A stretch of DNA of 43,783 bases from an uncultured Bacilli bacterium (GCA_944329355.1 CALVID010000005.1:1-43783), one strand, 5' to 3'; numbered from the stretch's first letter, positions 1 to 8,798 are shown. Made by a program: numbers and translations. Notes: generated from the letters alone by a model not told the origin.

Positions 1-103
1 TTTACAAGTTTGATAATTGAAACACTAAATACACCATTACTATGTTTATTGGTGCGTTTAGAATTTCATTTAAATTTTTTATAAAAAATCAAAATATAAA
101 GGG

Positions 104-133
104 TTGACAACATGTGATAAATAATGTTATACT
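104..133 (+). promoter_or_regulatory. SigA-type promoter upstream of tRNA-Ala
   Basis: TTGACA (104-109), an 18-nt spacer with TG at 125-126 (extended -10), and TATACT (128-133). The tRNA 5' end lies 23 nt downstream. Confidence 0.5.
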
Positions 134-155
134 TTATAAGTAATTTGTCTTATGT

Positions 156-232
156 GGGGAATTAGCTCAGTTGGCTAGAGCACCTGCTTTGCACGCAGGG
201 GGTCAGGAGTTCGAGTCTCCTATTCTCCACCA
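156..232 (+). tRNA. tRNA-Ala (anticodon UGC), CCA encoded
   Basis: Cloverleaf readable by eye: acceptor GGGGAAT/ATTCTCC with the G3:U70 pair, anticodon stem CCTGC/GCAGG with loop TTTGCAC, T arm AGGAG-TTCGAGT-CTCCT, and 3' ACCA. Confidence 0.93.
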
Positions 233-246
233 ATTTGATAGTTTAG

Positions 247-270
247 CCCTTATTTTATAAGGGTTTTTAT
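247..270 (+). terminator. stem-loop plus T-run downstream of tRNA-Ala
   Basis: CCCTTAT-TTT-ATAAGGG (247-263) followed by TTTTTATTTT. The same palindrome recurs at mobile-element junctions (see findings). Confidence 0.45.
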
Positions 271-355
271 TTTGCAATATCATATTTATATCATATTTTG
301 TTTTTTTACCATTGTTTTCAACATTATTTTTTCATTACTAAAAAGAATACATATA

Positions 356-949
356 TTAATGTATTCTTTTTAGTTTTTTTATTTTACCATAATTAGAATA
401 TTGTTCTCTTGTATCTTGGATTTCTTCTATACTCATGGGTTCAAAACCAGGATATTCTTTATATGCAATACTTATCATAGAATCCAAATCATGGCTTTTG
501 TTGATATCAAACATTGCAACCCAATTATCCTTTTGTTCTATTTCATGGAAATTATGTCCCAAAATATCAAAACCAATTTTATCAAACATATGTACAACAG
601 CATTATTATGGAGTCTTGTTTGAATTAATGCATACTGCTTACCAGTTAAAGACTGTTCTTCAATCATCTGTGTAATTGCCTTGCTTGCGTATCCATTTTT
701 TTCAAATTCCGGAAATACATAAATTCCGTTTATTTTAAAATAATCTGGTGTACAATTATGTATCATTGCATAGCCTACAATAATATTTTTTTCAATTAAT
801 GCTAATACTTCTTTTTCAAAAGTATCAATTTCTTCTGCTTTCTTTTTAATCCATTCACTATAATATGGATATTCATCAATGAAAATAGAAGTTAAAGCAT
901 TAATGCCTTCTTGAATTTCTTCTTTATTTCTTAAATGTTTTAATTCCAT
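356..949 (-). CDS. GNAT-family N-acetyltransferase
   Basis: 197-aa ORF with a GNAT core pattern (VGYAMIH...INGIYVFPEFEKNGYASKAI...). Confidence 0.8.
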   Translation of the reverse strand: MELKHLRNKEEIQEGINALTSIFIDEYPYYSEWIKKKAEEIDTFEKEVLALIEKNIIVGYAMIHNCTPDYFKINGIYVFPEFEKNGYASKAITQMIEEQSLTGKQYALIQTRLHNNAVVHMFDKIGFDILGHNFHEIEQKDNWVAMFDINKSHDLDSMISIAYKEYPGFEPMSIEEIQDTREQYSNYGKIKKLKRIH

Positions 950-1031
950 CTATATAACCTCCAAAATTGTTATTATATTAACATACAATCATTACTATTG
1001 CAAGAAATATTTAATAACCGATTATATTTAT

Positions 1032-1469
1032 TCATTTTTCAAATAATGACAATTGCTTCACATGATTAGAACTTTCAGGATATGTCCATATATTAAGCTT
1101 ACCCTTTGCATGGATTTTTTGATCTATCTCTTGTACATTTTGTAAAATCCAAGCATATCTTCCCACGGCATACTCTCCTAAAATATATTCATAATTATTT
1201 TCGCTTTTTACTTTGTCTATAAAATCTTTTGTCATGTATACACAGTCAATTAATTCTGCTTTACATATGATGTTTCCATAATTTAGGTCTATATTTTCTA
1301 ACAATTTTAAGACTTTATTATTATGTATTCTTTTTAAGAATTTTTTTGATTTTCCCGCATGTATATATATTTCTCCTCTATATTTTGTTTTCCAACTACG
1401 GGTTTCTATTTTTTTCATTCCTTGCATTATAAATGTTGCATACGGCTCTTGAATTGTTAATACCTTCAT
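1032..1469 (-). CDS. ASCH (PUA-like) domain protein
   Basis: 145-aa ORF. The N-terminus MKVLTIQEPYATFIMQGMKKIETRSW...IYIHAGK is typical of ASCH domains. Confidence 0.7.
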   Translation of the reverse strand: MKVLTIQEPYATFIMQGMKKIETRSWKTKYRGEIYIHAGKSKKFLKRIHNNKVLKLLENIDLNYGNIICKAELIDCVYMTKDFIDKVKSENNYEYILGEYAVGRYAWILQNVQEIDQKIHAKGKLNIWTYPESSNHVKQLSLFEK

Positions 1470-1560
1470 AAAATCACTTCCCTATAGAGATTATATCATA
1501 TTTATCATATTTTTAATGATTTCTATAAAAAAATGTGCTATATTAATAACGGTGATTATA

Positions 1561-2301
1561 ATGAAATATTTTGATACACATACACATTATGATTGGGCAG
1601 AATTTGATGAAGATAGAAAACTTTTGTTAAAAAAATTAGAAAATACTATTATTGTAAATATAGGTGTGAATGGTAGTTCAAATATAGAAACTATAAAGTA
1701 TACTAATGAATATAAAAATGTTTATGCCTGTCTTGGATTACATCCCATGAATGTTAGCACTATGGAAGATTTAAATAATATTAAAGAAATTATGAATGAT
1801 AAAGTTGTAGCTATTGGTGAAACCGGTATTGATTATAAATTTCCAAATATTGAGCTTCAGAAAGAATATTTTATCAAACACATTAATCTTGCTAACGATC
1901 TTAATTTGCCTATTGTTATTCATTGCCGTAAAGCGCACGAAGAAGTATATAATATTTTAATAAATAACCCTGTTAATAAAAAGGGGATTATGCATTGTTA
2001 CTCTGGCAATTTAGAATACGCAAAAAAATTTTTGAAATTAGGATTTTATTTTGGATTTGATGGACCTGTTACAAGAGATAATAAATATGATGAAATAATA
2101 AAATTTTTACCACTCGATAAAATTATAGTAGAAACTGATGCTCCATTAATGCCACCATTTCCTTTAGATGAAAATAGTAGATGTGATTCCTCATCATTAA
2201 AATATATAATTGAAAAAATCGCGAAAGTTAAAAAGATGGATATTGATGTTGTAACTAATCAAATATTTTTAAATTCTAAACGAGTATATAATATAAAATA
2301 A
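1561..2301 (+). CDS. TatD-family metal-dependent hydrolase/DNase
   Basis: Contains MKYFDTHTHYD (the TatD H-x-H motif), IGETGIDY, IHCR and ETDAP. The start is moved from the ORF-track 1516 to the ATG at 1561. Confidence 0.85.
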   Translation: MKYFDTHTHYDWAEFDEDRKLLLKKLENTIIVNIGVNGSSNIETIKYTNEYKNVYACLGLHPMNVSTMEDLNNIKEIMNDKVVAIGETGIDYKFPNIELQKEYFIKHINLANDLNLPIVIHCRKAHEEVYNILINNPVNKKGIMHCYSGNLEYAKKFLKLGFYFGFDGPVTRDNKYDEIIKFLPLDKIIVETDAPLMPPFPLDENSRCDSSSLKYIIEKIAKVKKMDIDVVTNQIFLNSKRVYNIK

Positions 2302-2440
2302 TTAATATATCATTGTTATATCATTTTTTTCTTAATTTTTATGAATTTATTATAAATTATTTTAAATATAAATAAACTAAAAAGGTTGAAATTAAAAGAA
2401 AAGCAAGCTTTTTAAAACTATTTAAAACTAATAAATAAAA

Positions 2441-2507
2441 CTCCTATTCTCCACCAAAATGATAGTTAATTTCTTATTTTATAAGTCTTTTTATTTTGCA
2501 ATATCAT
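2441..2507 (+). repeat. duplicate of the tRNA-Ala 3' end plus its downstream flank (att-like direct repeat)
   Basis: 67 nt align to 217-283 with 59/67 identities. The first 17 nt (CTCCTATTCTCCACCAA) are identical to the tRNA-Ala 3' end. Confidence 0.8.
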
Positions 2508-2770
2508 TATGCTTTCAAAAAATTTTAGGATTTACTTTCATAGCTACTAGCTTTTGTTATAAATCCTTTAATTCTTCGACCACATTGTAAATCATTAAAA
2601 ACACATTGAAGTTTATAACAAAAAGTGCTAATATAGTTTATAAATTATTAGGAAGCAGAAAGTTTGCTACTAAAACAATTTATTTACTTACTTACATTTT
2701 TATTTCATTTTTTGGTGGCAAATATATATTTTTGTCGCCTTTTAATTTATAAGTAAGAAAGGAGAGAAAC

Positions 2771-3115
2771 ATGAATAATAATCAATATACTTTTACTTAT
2801 GAAAATGAACCGAATGATAAGAATATTTATTATATGTTTCAACGTTTAATATTACCGACTATTATTTCTTCACAATATAAGCCTTATAAAAAGTATTGGG
2901 AAGATTATAAACGTTTATTATCAATTTTTACAAAATGGATAAATATCTATTATAATGGTAATAGCTTAAAACTTATAAATGAAGATGATTTTAAGGAAAC
3001 TGATTCTTTAATCACTGATCTTAAATTCAATTGTTTAGAAATAGAAACAGAATACATTGAAGAAATAGATATTTGGTATAATGAGTTTTTAGAATTATGG
3101 AAAAATCAGAGTTGA
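2771..3115 (+). CDS. hypothetical small protein, paralog 1 of a 4-member tandem family
   Basis: Has the RBS AAGGAGAG. The C-terminal motif EEIDIWYNEFLELWKN is shared with the next two ORFs. Confidence 0.65.
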   Translation: MNNNQYTFTYENEPNDKNIYYMFQRLILPTIISSQYKPYKKYWEDYKRLLSIFTKWINIYYNGNSLKLINEDDFKETDSLITDLKFNCLEIETEYIEEIDIWYNEFLELWKNQS

Positions 3116-3136
3116 TTAAAGGAAGGAAAAATTAAT

Positions 3137-3460
3137 ATGTCGAAAGAATTAGAACAAGCTTTTGAAAAATTATTGTATAATTTATCTATAGCAATTTATT
3201 ATCAACCATATAATGATGACAGGTCAGAATATATGGAAATGTTAGATTTGATTGCTAAACAAAAAATAAAGTATGATGAATATAAAGATTTTAATATACT
3301 ATCTTTAAATATATTAAATGATGTCCATCTTAGGTCATTACCTTTACTTGAAAAATATGCTATAGAAAATGGAAATTATGCAGAACAAATTGAAATATGG
3401 AGTGATTATTTATTAAATATAAAGAAAAACGAAGAAAGAAATACAGTTAAAAATAATTGA
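3137..3460 (+). CDS. hypothetical small protein, paralog 2
   Basis: Has the RBS AAGGAAGG and the C-terminal motif EQIEIWSDYLLNIKKN. Confidence 0.65.
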   Translation: MSKELEQAFEKLLYNLSIAIYYQPYNDDRSEYMEMLDLIAKQKIKYDEYKDFNILSLNILNDVHLRSLPLLEKYAIENGNYAEQIEIWSDYLLNIKKNEERNTVKNN

Positions 3461-3567
3461 AGAAAGAATAATAATATTGCTACCTATAATAAAAAGTAAT
3501 AATATTATTTATAATTGGATATAATAATTATTATTTTATTCTTTCTTTAAAAGATTGGGGGTTAACA

Positions 3568-3951
3568 TTGGGAAATAATAATAATTTGCAGAAAAACTTA
3601 TATGAAGTAGAAAGTAAATTATATGTTGCATTCGCAAGATTAATCGGACCATTGTCTATGATGGCAAATTTAAAAACTTATCAAAATGACCATAAAGAAA
3701 TTAAACAAATACTAGATAAGATAGTTGAGTGGAGTACAAAATTTCAAACTATTAGAAATTTAGATTTTATTATGCCTAGTGAATTATTAGATACCTATAA
3801 TAAATTAGATAAGCTAAAGGAAAAGTATATTTTTGAGATTGATACAGGCAATGAGGATGAACTTTCTGATGAAGCCATTATATGGTTGTCTGAAATAATG
3901 CAGTTAAGAAAAAAATTAATTTATATGAGAGGGAGGAGATTAACATTATAG
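3568..3951 (+). CDS. hypothetical small protein, paralog 3 (TTG start)
   Basis: Has the RBS GGGGGT and the C-terminal motif DEAIIWLSEIMQLRKK. Confidence 0.6.
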   Translation: MGNNNNLQKNLYEVESKLYVAFARLIGPLSMMANLKTYQNDHKEIKQILDKIVEWSTKFQTIRNLDFIMPSELLDTYNKLDKLKEKYIFEIDTGNEDELSDEAIIWLSEIMQLRKKLIYMRGRRLTL

Positions 3952-4043
3952 AAAAAGATTTAAACAAAATATTAGAGATTTTAAATGTCATAGTAAAAGA
4001 TCAGCAGTATTATGATGATTTAACTTTAATAAAAGATTTAATT

Positions 4044-4295
4044 GTGAAAATAAATCAAATGTTAAATAGTGAGATTAATATTACTGATGATTTTCTTGAT
4101 AGGATGGAGAAAGATTTAAATTATTTAGATCAGAAATATTTTGCTCAATTAGTATATTCAAAAAATGAATATGTAGAACTAAATGATATTGTAAGGATAT
4201 TTGCTCCAATACAAAATTATTATAAAAAGAAAAATCATGAGATGTATGTAGAAAAATTAAGAGAAGAAAACCGAAAAAAAAAGAGAGGAGACTAA
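4044..4295 (+). CDS. hypothetical small protein, probable paralog 4; true start uncertain
   Basis: The frame is open from 3894. The first canonical start is GTG 4044, but a strong RBS GGGAGGAG at 3931-3938 precedes an ATT at 3945. Confidence 0.5.
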   Translation: MKINQMLNSEINITDDFLDRMEKDLNYLDQKYFAQLVYSKNEYVELNDIVRIFAPIQNYYKKKNHEMYVEKLREENRKKKRGD

Positions 4296-4297
4296 AA

Positions 4298-4936
4298 ATG
4301 ACTGATGATGAAATCAAAGCAAAAATTAAAAATATGAGATATGATACAGATAGAAAAAGATATGTTGGAGATGATGGTAGCGAATTACAAATTACACCTT
4401 ATTCTAATGGTAGAGGTTATAAAGTTGATTATTATGAAAGCACAACTTATGGAAATGCTCCACATAATTCTACACATATACAAACAGATATTAGTGGAAA
4501 TTGGGAGCGTACTGATAATGATAGAACCAACGGAACTCAAACCCACTCATCAGGTTCTGGATGCTATATAACTTCTGCTTGTATGGAACATTTTCAAGAC
4601 GAATTTGATGATAATTGCCATGAACTAACTGTCTTAAGATGGTTTAGAGATAATTTTGTTTCTGATGAAGATGTTGAACTTTACTATTCACTAGCTCCTA
4701 CAATAGTTGAAAATATTAACTTACTTGCAGATAATGAGGAGATATATAAATACATATATGAAAATGTTGAAGCATGTGTTAAAGCTATTGAAAATAAAGA
4801 TTATGATTTTGCATACAATAGATATAAAAGTATCGTATTAGCTTTAAATGAACAATTTGGCGAAAAAGGAAAAGAGCAAGAAACCGGTTTTGTAAAGAAA
4901 CTTGGTGCTTTACATAATAAACCTGCTCTAGCTTAA
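4298..4936 (+). CDS. hypothetical protein with a Cys-containing C-terminal module
   Basis: 212 aa with the RBS GAGAGGAG. The N-terminal segment DGSELQITPYSNGRGYKVDYYE...GNAPHNSTH resembles the N-terminus of the 127-aa island protein at 15658. The C-terminal segment is GCYITSAC...DDNCHELTVLRWFRDNF...YYSLAPTIV...ACVKAIE. Confidence 0.65.
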   Translation: MTDDEIKAKIKNMRYDTDRKRYVGDDGSELQITPYSNGRGYKVDYYESTTYGNAPHNSTHIQTDISGNWERTDNDRTNGTQTHSSGSGCYITSACMEHFQDEFDDNCHELTVLRWFRDNFVSDEDVELYYSLAPTIVENINLLADNEEIYKYIYENVEACVKAIENKDYDFAYNRYKSIVLALNEQFGEKGKEQETGFVKKLGALHNKPALA

Positions 4937-5020
4937 TATCATTTTTTTTTATTATTTTATTTTTCACTTCTATAAAAGATTTTCTTTTTCTTAAATTATA
5001 TTATTTATTAATAAGCAAGG

Positions 5021-5800
5021 TTAGTTTATATTATTTTTTAGATGATTTTGTAATAATTCTTTGACATCAAAAAAATCATTATTGTTATCATATACAACAT
5101 CAAAATATTGTTGAAATTTTTTTAATTTCAAGTTATCATCATAATTTAAAAAACCTATTTTAAACACCTTTTGATTATCCTTGGTTTTCATTAAAATATC
5201 TCCTATATTATCTCCTAACAAAATAATTTCATTTTTGTTTTTTAATACTTCTTTGACTTTATAAGGAATATCTATATTATCTTTATTTAGAGAATGAATT
5301 ATTTTATTTCTTAATGAACTGATTTTACCTTGTTTAAATTTTAAAATGTTTGAGATTATATAAATGTTGCTAAAAAAGCATTTATTTTTTTGTAATACTC
5401 CTTCAATAATTTGGGATATTCCAGCTGATATGATTATAACTGGAATATCATTTTTATATGTGTAAGTTAAAAACTCTACCACTCCTTTTCTTAGAATAAT
5501 GTCATTACTATGACTAATAGTAATGATATCTTTTTCTGTAAATTTATATTTTATGAGCATTTTTAAATGATTTTCATACCATTTATGCATAATCGCATTT
5601 TTGATATTATATTTTAAAGAATCGTCTTGTTCTATTGGCAAATAGTAATCATTATTTTTTTTACTTTCCTTAATATAATTTGGTGATATATCAGAAATTT
5701 GCGACAAGATTCCCCAACAATTTTGACTGTTTTTAGTTGTTAAAGTATGATCAAAATCAGCTATAATATATAATTTTTCCTTATGAAAAGGTATATTCAT
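5021..5800 (-). CDS. HAD-superfamily phosphatase, cytosolic pyrimidine 5'-nucleotidase (cN-III/UMPH-1)-like
   Basis: Contains IIADFDHTLT (the DxDxT nucleophile motif), IISAGI, and LLGDNIGDILM (the HAD motif IV arrangement typical of the UMPH-1 family). Confidence 0.6.
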   Translation of the reverse strand: MNIPFHKEKLYIIADFDHTLTTKNSQNCWGILSQISDISPNYIKESKKNNDYYLPIEQDDSLKYNIKNAIMHKWYENHLKMLIKYKFTEKDIITISHSNDIILRKGVVEFLTYTYKNDIPVIIISAGISQIIEGVLQKNKCFFSNIYIISNILKFKQGKISSLRNKIIHSLNKDNIDIPYKVKEVLKNKNEIILLGDNIGDILMKTKDNQKVFKIGFLNYDDNLKLKKFQQYFDVVYDNNNDFFDVKELLQNHLKNNIN

Positions 5801-6004
5801 ATGAATTCTCTTTCCTTTCGCTTCATTCGAGGCTTAAATTAAAATAAAATCCTCGAACTAAATTTATTTTTCAAATTAATGACTTTGATTCATTATATGA
5901 AAATATAATTTCAAATAGGACATATAACCATTCACTGAATAAATGAGTGTTGCTTTATTCTAAAATTATTGCTATATTGGATAAGTATAGTATGGGGCGA
6001 TAAC

Positions 6005-6736
6005 ATGATTAATTTTATCATCTGTGATGACAGCGAATTATTTTTGATGAAAATTTGCGATATTGTCAGCACTTTTTGTATAAAAAAACATATTAATTAT
6101 AAAATTCATGCTTTTAAAAGGTATGATTCGGAATTTTTAAATATTATGCATAGCGAATTAGACAACAAAATATATATTTTAGATATTGAAACTCCAAGTG
6201 GCAACGGAATTGATATTGCTAAAAAAATAAGAAATAAAGATTTAAATTCGTTTTTAATATTTATAAGTTCTTATACCTCTAAATATATTGAAAAAGCTGT
6301 ATATAGCGACACTTCATTTTATGGTTATATTTCCAAAGATGAAAATTATTGTGATAAGTTATTAAAAAAATTAAAAAAAATTTTTAGATTAGGTTTTCAA
6401 AAAAATATTATTAGATTTAAGGATCAAGGAATCATTTACACTTGTGATATGCGCCATATTGTGTATATTGAGGTTGATAGCAAAAAACGCAGAAGTATTA
6501 TTCATACTTTAGATGGTGATATTGAAGTTAGACTGACTTTAAAAAAACTAAAGCAAATTTTAGATTATAGATTTGAATATTCTCATAGGGGATGTATTAT
6601 AAATCATGAACAAATTTTTTATATTGATACTATTGTAAAGGTAATTAAATTTAAAAATGGAATGGTCAGTTATTTGCTTTCTAATAATTTTATAAAAAAA
6701 ACAAAGATACAAGAAGCACACATACATTTCATGTAA
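6005..6736 (+). CDS. LytTR-family response regulator (AgrA/ComE-like)
   Basis: The receiver domain has MINFIICDD...ILDIETPSGNGIDIAKKIR. The C-terminal LytTR domain has IRFKDQGIIYTCDMRHIVYIEV...SHRGCIIN. The start is set at ATG 6005. Confidence 0.75.
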   Translation: MINFIICDDSELFLMKICDIVSTFCIKKHINYKIHAFKRYDSEFLNIMHSELDNKIYILDIETPSGNGIDIAKKIRNKDLNSFLIFISSYTSKYIEKAVYSDTSFYGYISKDENYCDKLLKKLKKIFRLGFQKNIIRFKDQGIIYTCDMRHIVYIEVDSKKRRSIIHTLDGDIEVRLTLKKLKQILDYRFEYSHRGCIINHEQIFYIDTIVKVIKFKNGMVSYLLSNNFIKKTKIQEAHIHFM

Positions 6737-6874
6737 TATTTTTAGCGTTTCATGTATTTTTTTATTATGTGCTAACAAATAAAGCGCTTATTGTGCTACA
6801 ATTTTTATTGTAGTAAAGGGTGTGATAGCGTCAGTAAAAACAAATATAATTTATGAGTAGAAAGGTAGTACGAA

Positions 6875-7219
6875 ATGTTAGTAAAACTTATTGTGTCAGA
6901 AAAAAATAATAAAACATTAAATGATATATATAAAGAAATGATAAATAAATATAAAAGTAAAAAATATTATGATAAACTTTACAATAGATTTATTAAAGAT
7001 ATATTTGGTGAAAAATCTATTAAAGATTTTACTAGCAATGATATAGATTACTTTTATATGTATTTAGTGAAAAAAACTTATAATGGACACTTATATAGTC
7101 AAAAATATATAAAACAAATAATGAATTTATTAAAAAATATATTTGATTATGCAATATATAAAAAATATATTAAAATTAATTTGGTTCAAATTAAACTTTA
7201 TTTTACAAATAATCATTGA
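6875..7219 (+). pseudogene. tyrosine-integrase N-terminal (core-binding, SAM-like) fragment
   Basis: 114 aa with the pattern SIKDFTSNDIDYFYMYL...YSQKYIKQIMNLLKNIFDYAIYKKYI and no catalytic domain. A short ORF from ATG 6853 (MSRKVVRNVSKTYCVRKK) in another frame may be the displaced arm-binding N-terminus. Confidence 0.6.
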
Positions 7220-7260
7220 TTTATCCGAAAAATGTCGTTATACTTATTTTAGGTGATAAT

Positions 7261-7692
7261 ATGACTAGAAAAAAACTGTTAATAGTATTTTGGTTTTGTA
7301 TATTATTTCTTACTGGGTGTGGGACTCAAACTTTAACTTGTACAAAACATGAGGATACAGAGGCCGGAAAAGCTAGTGAAAAACAAGTGATTACTTTCAA
7401 CAATGATAAAATAAAATTATATACTGCTGAAATGAAAATTAATTTAAATAATGATTATAAAGAATATTCTAAAGCATTATTAAAAAGTATTCAAGATCCT
7501 TTTGAAGAATATAAAAATGCAGATGGGGTTAAATATACTACATCTGAAAAAAACGGTAATATTTTATTTTCTGTTTCTGGGGATTATACAAAAATGGATG
7601 ATGAAGCAAAAAAAAGTTTTGGTATCGACAAAAATTTATCTTTTAATGATATTAAAGAAAATTTGGAAAATGATGGATATACTTGCCAATAA
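7261..7692 (+). CDS. lipoprotein (DUF1307/YehR-like, tentative)
   Basis: Signal peptide plus lipobox in MTRKKLLIVFWFCILFLTGC. The RBS AGGTGA lies upstream of ATG 7261. Confidence 0.7.
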   Translation: MTRKKLLIVFWFCILFLTGCGTQTLTCTKHEDTEAGKASEKQVITFNNDKIKLYTAEMKINLNNDYKEYSKALLKSIQDPFEEYKNADGVKYTTSEKNGNILFSVSGDYTKMDDEAKKSFGIDKNLSFNDIKENLENDGYTCQ

Positions 7693-7763
7693 CAATTATA
7701 TTAATAGAACAAGATTAAAAACTTGTTTTTTTTTACCAAAAAAACAATGAGTTATCAAACTCA

Positions 7764-8618
7764 TTATTTTAAACCTATTTCTTTAAATAAATTGTCAATA
7801 GATGTTGTATCATCTGTATAACCGCTAAGTTCAGTAACAACTTCTTTATCTTTGATTGCTAAGGTAAGTGGTGTGCCCCATCCTGAATTTTCGCTAAAGT
7901 AAGTTAATGTTGAGAATATATTTTGTGCGTCTGTTTGATCCATAGTATCAATTTCTAAGAAATAAACAGGGAGATCATTCTTGGCAGCATAATCATTAAT
8001 AACAGGTAAAAATTGCTCACAGTAATGACATGTAGATTGAGTTACAACCATAACAAAAGGTTCATCACTGTTATATAAACAATCATATTGATCATATGTT
8101 AATTTTGCTAGATTTTCATATTCAGAATCATTAGTAGTGTTACAAGCAAATTTAACAAAATCCACATCTTTTAAGAATTGATTAATTTCTTTGTATTTGT
8201 TTAAATTTTTATCTATTCCTGCAATAACTTTAGCATTTTCAACAACTACTAAACTACTATTATCATAAGATATTTTATCAAATTTTAAATCTTTTTTTAT
8301 ACTATTTAAATCACTATTTGAAACCTCATCACTAATATAGTAAATTCCTTTTCCTATTTCTTCGGCTACTTTATTTAAATTTTCTTTTTCTTCATCACTT
8401 AAACCATCTGAAATAGCAATTGCATTTTTATTGTCTTGTTCCATTAAACATTCATATTGTTGATAATTGATAGCACCTAATTTACTGTAATCCTTATCAG
8501 ATTTTACCCCGCAAGCAAAAGTTGTATCTGGTTCTGGCCAAAAAGCAATAATCAAAATAACGGCTATTACTAGAATTATTGAAACAAAAAATATTAACAT
8601 TCTTTTATTCTCATTCAT
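7764..8618 (-). CDS. membrane-anchored thioredoxin-fold protein (bacteriocin-transport-accessory-like)
   Basis: Has an N-terminal TM helix, two similar halves, and a CxxC motif in TQSTCHYCEQFLPV. The start is set at ATG 8618, which has a GAGGT RBS. Confidence 0.65.
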   Translation of the reverse strand: MNENKRMLIFFVSIILVIAVILIIAFWPEPDTTFACGVKSDKDYSKLGAINYQQYECLMEQDNKNAIAISDGLSDEEKENLNKVAEEIGKGIYYISDEVSNSDLNSIKKDLKFDKISYDNSSLVVVENAKVIAGIDKNLNKYKEINQFLKDVDFVKFACNTTNDSEYENLAKLTYDQYDCLYNSDEPFVMVVTQSTCHYCEQFLPVINDYAAKNDLPVYFLEIDTMDQTDAQNIFSTLTYFSENSGWGTPLTLAIKDKEVVTELSGYTDDTTSIDNLFKEIGLK

Positions 8619-8798
8619 ATTATGTACCTCTTCTTTCCTTTTATATAATAACATATTTGCTCTTTTTTAATCAATATTATGACATGATATTTTAGTGAAA
8701 ACGCTTATTTTTTTGCAAATATTTTGTGTTTTTACTTATAGAAAAGCTGTTCGCAAACAAAAAAATATTTTGTTATTTTTATATAACAAAATATCTTT

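Noticed and set aside
401-628. Short ORFs nested in other genes (401-628, 435-623, 4081-4317, 4341-4571, 4785-4967, 6560-6778, 7502-7750, 14670-14873, 15686-15910, 16323-16577, 16996-17184, 23674-23910, 24850-25038, 37586-37867, 42978-43220)
   Set aside because: All overlap longer, motif-supported ORFs, either antisense or out of frame. They lack ribosome-binding sites and have biased low-complexity composition.
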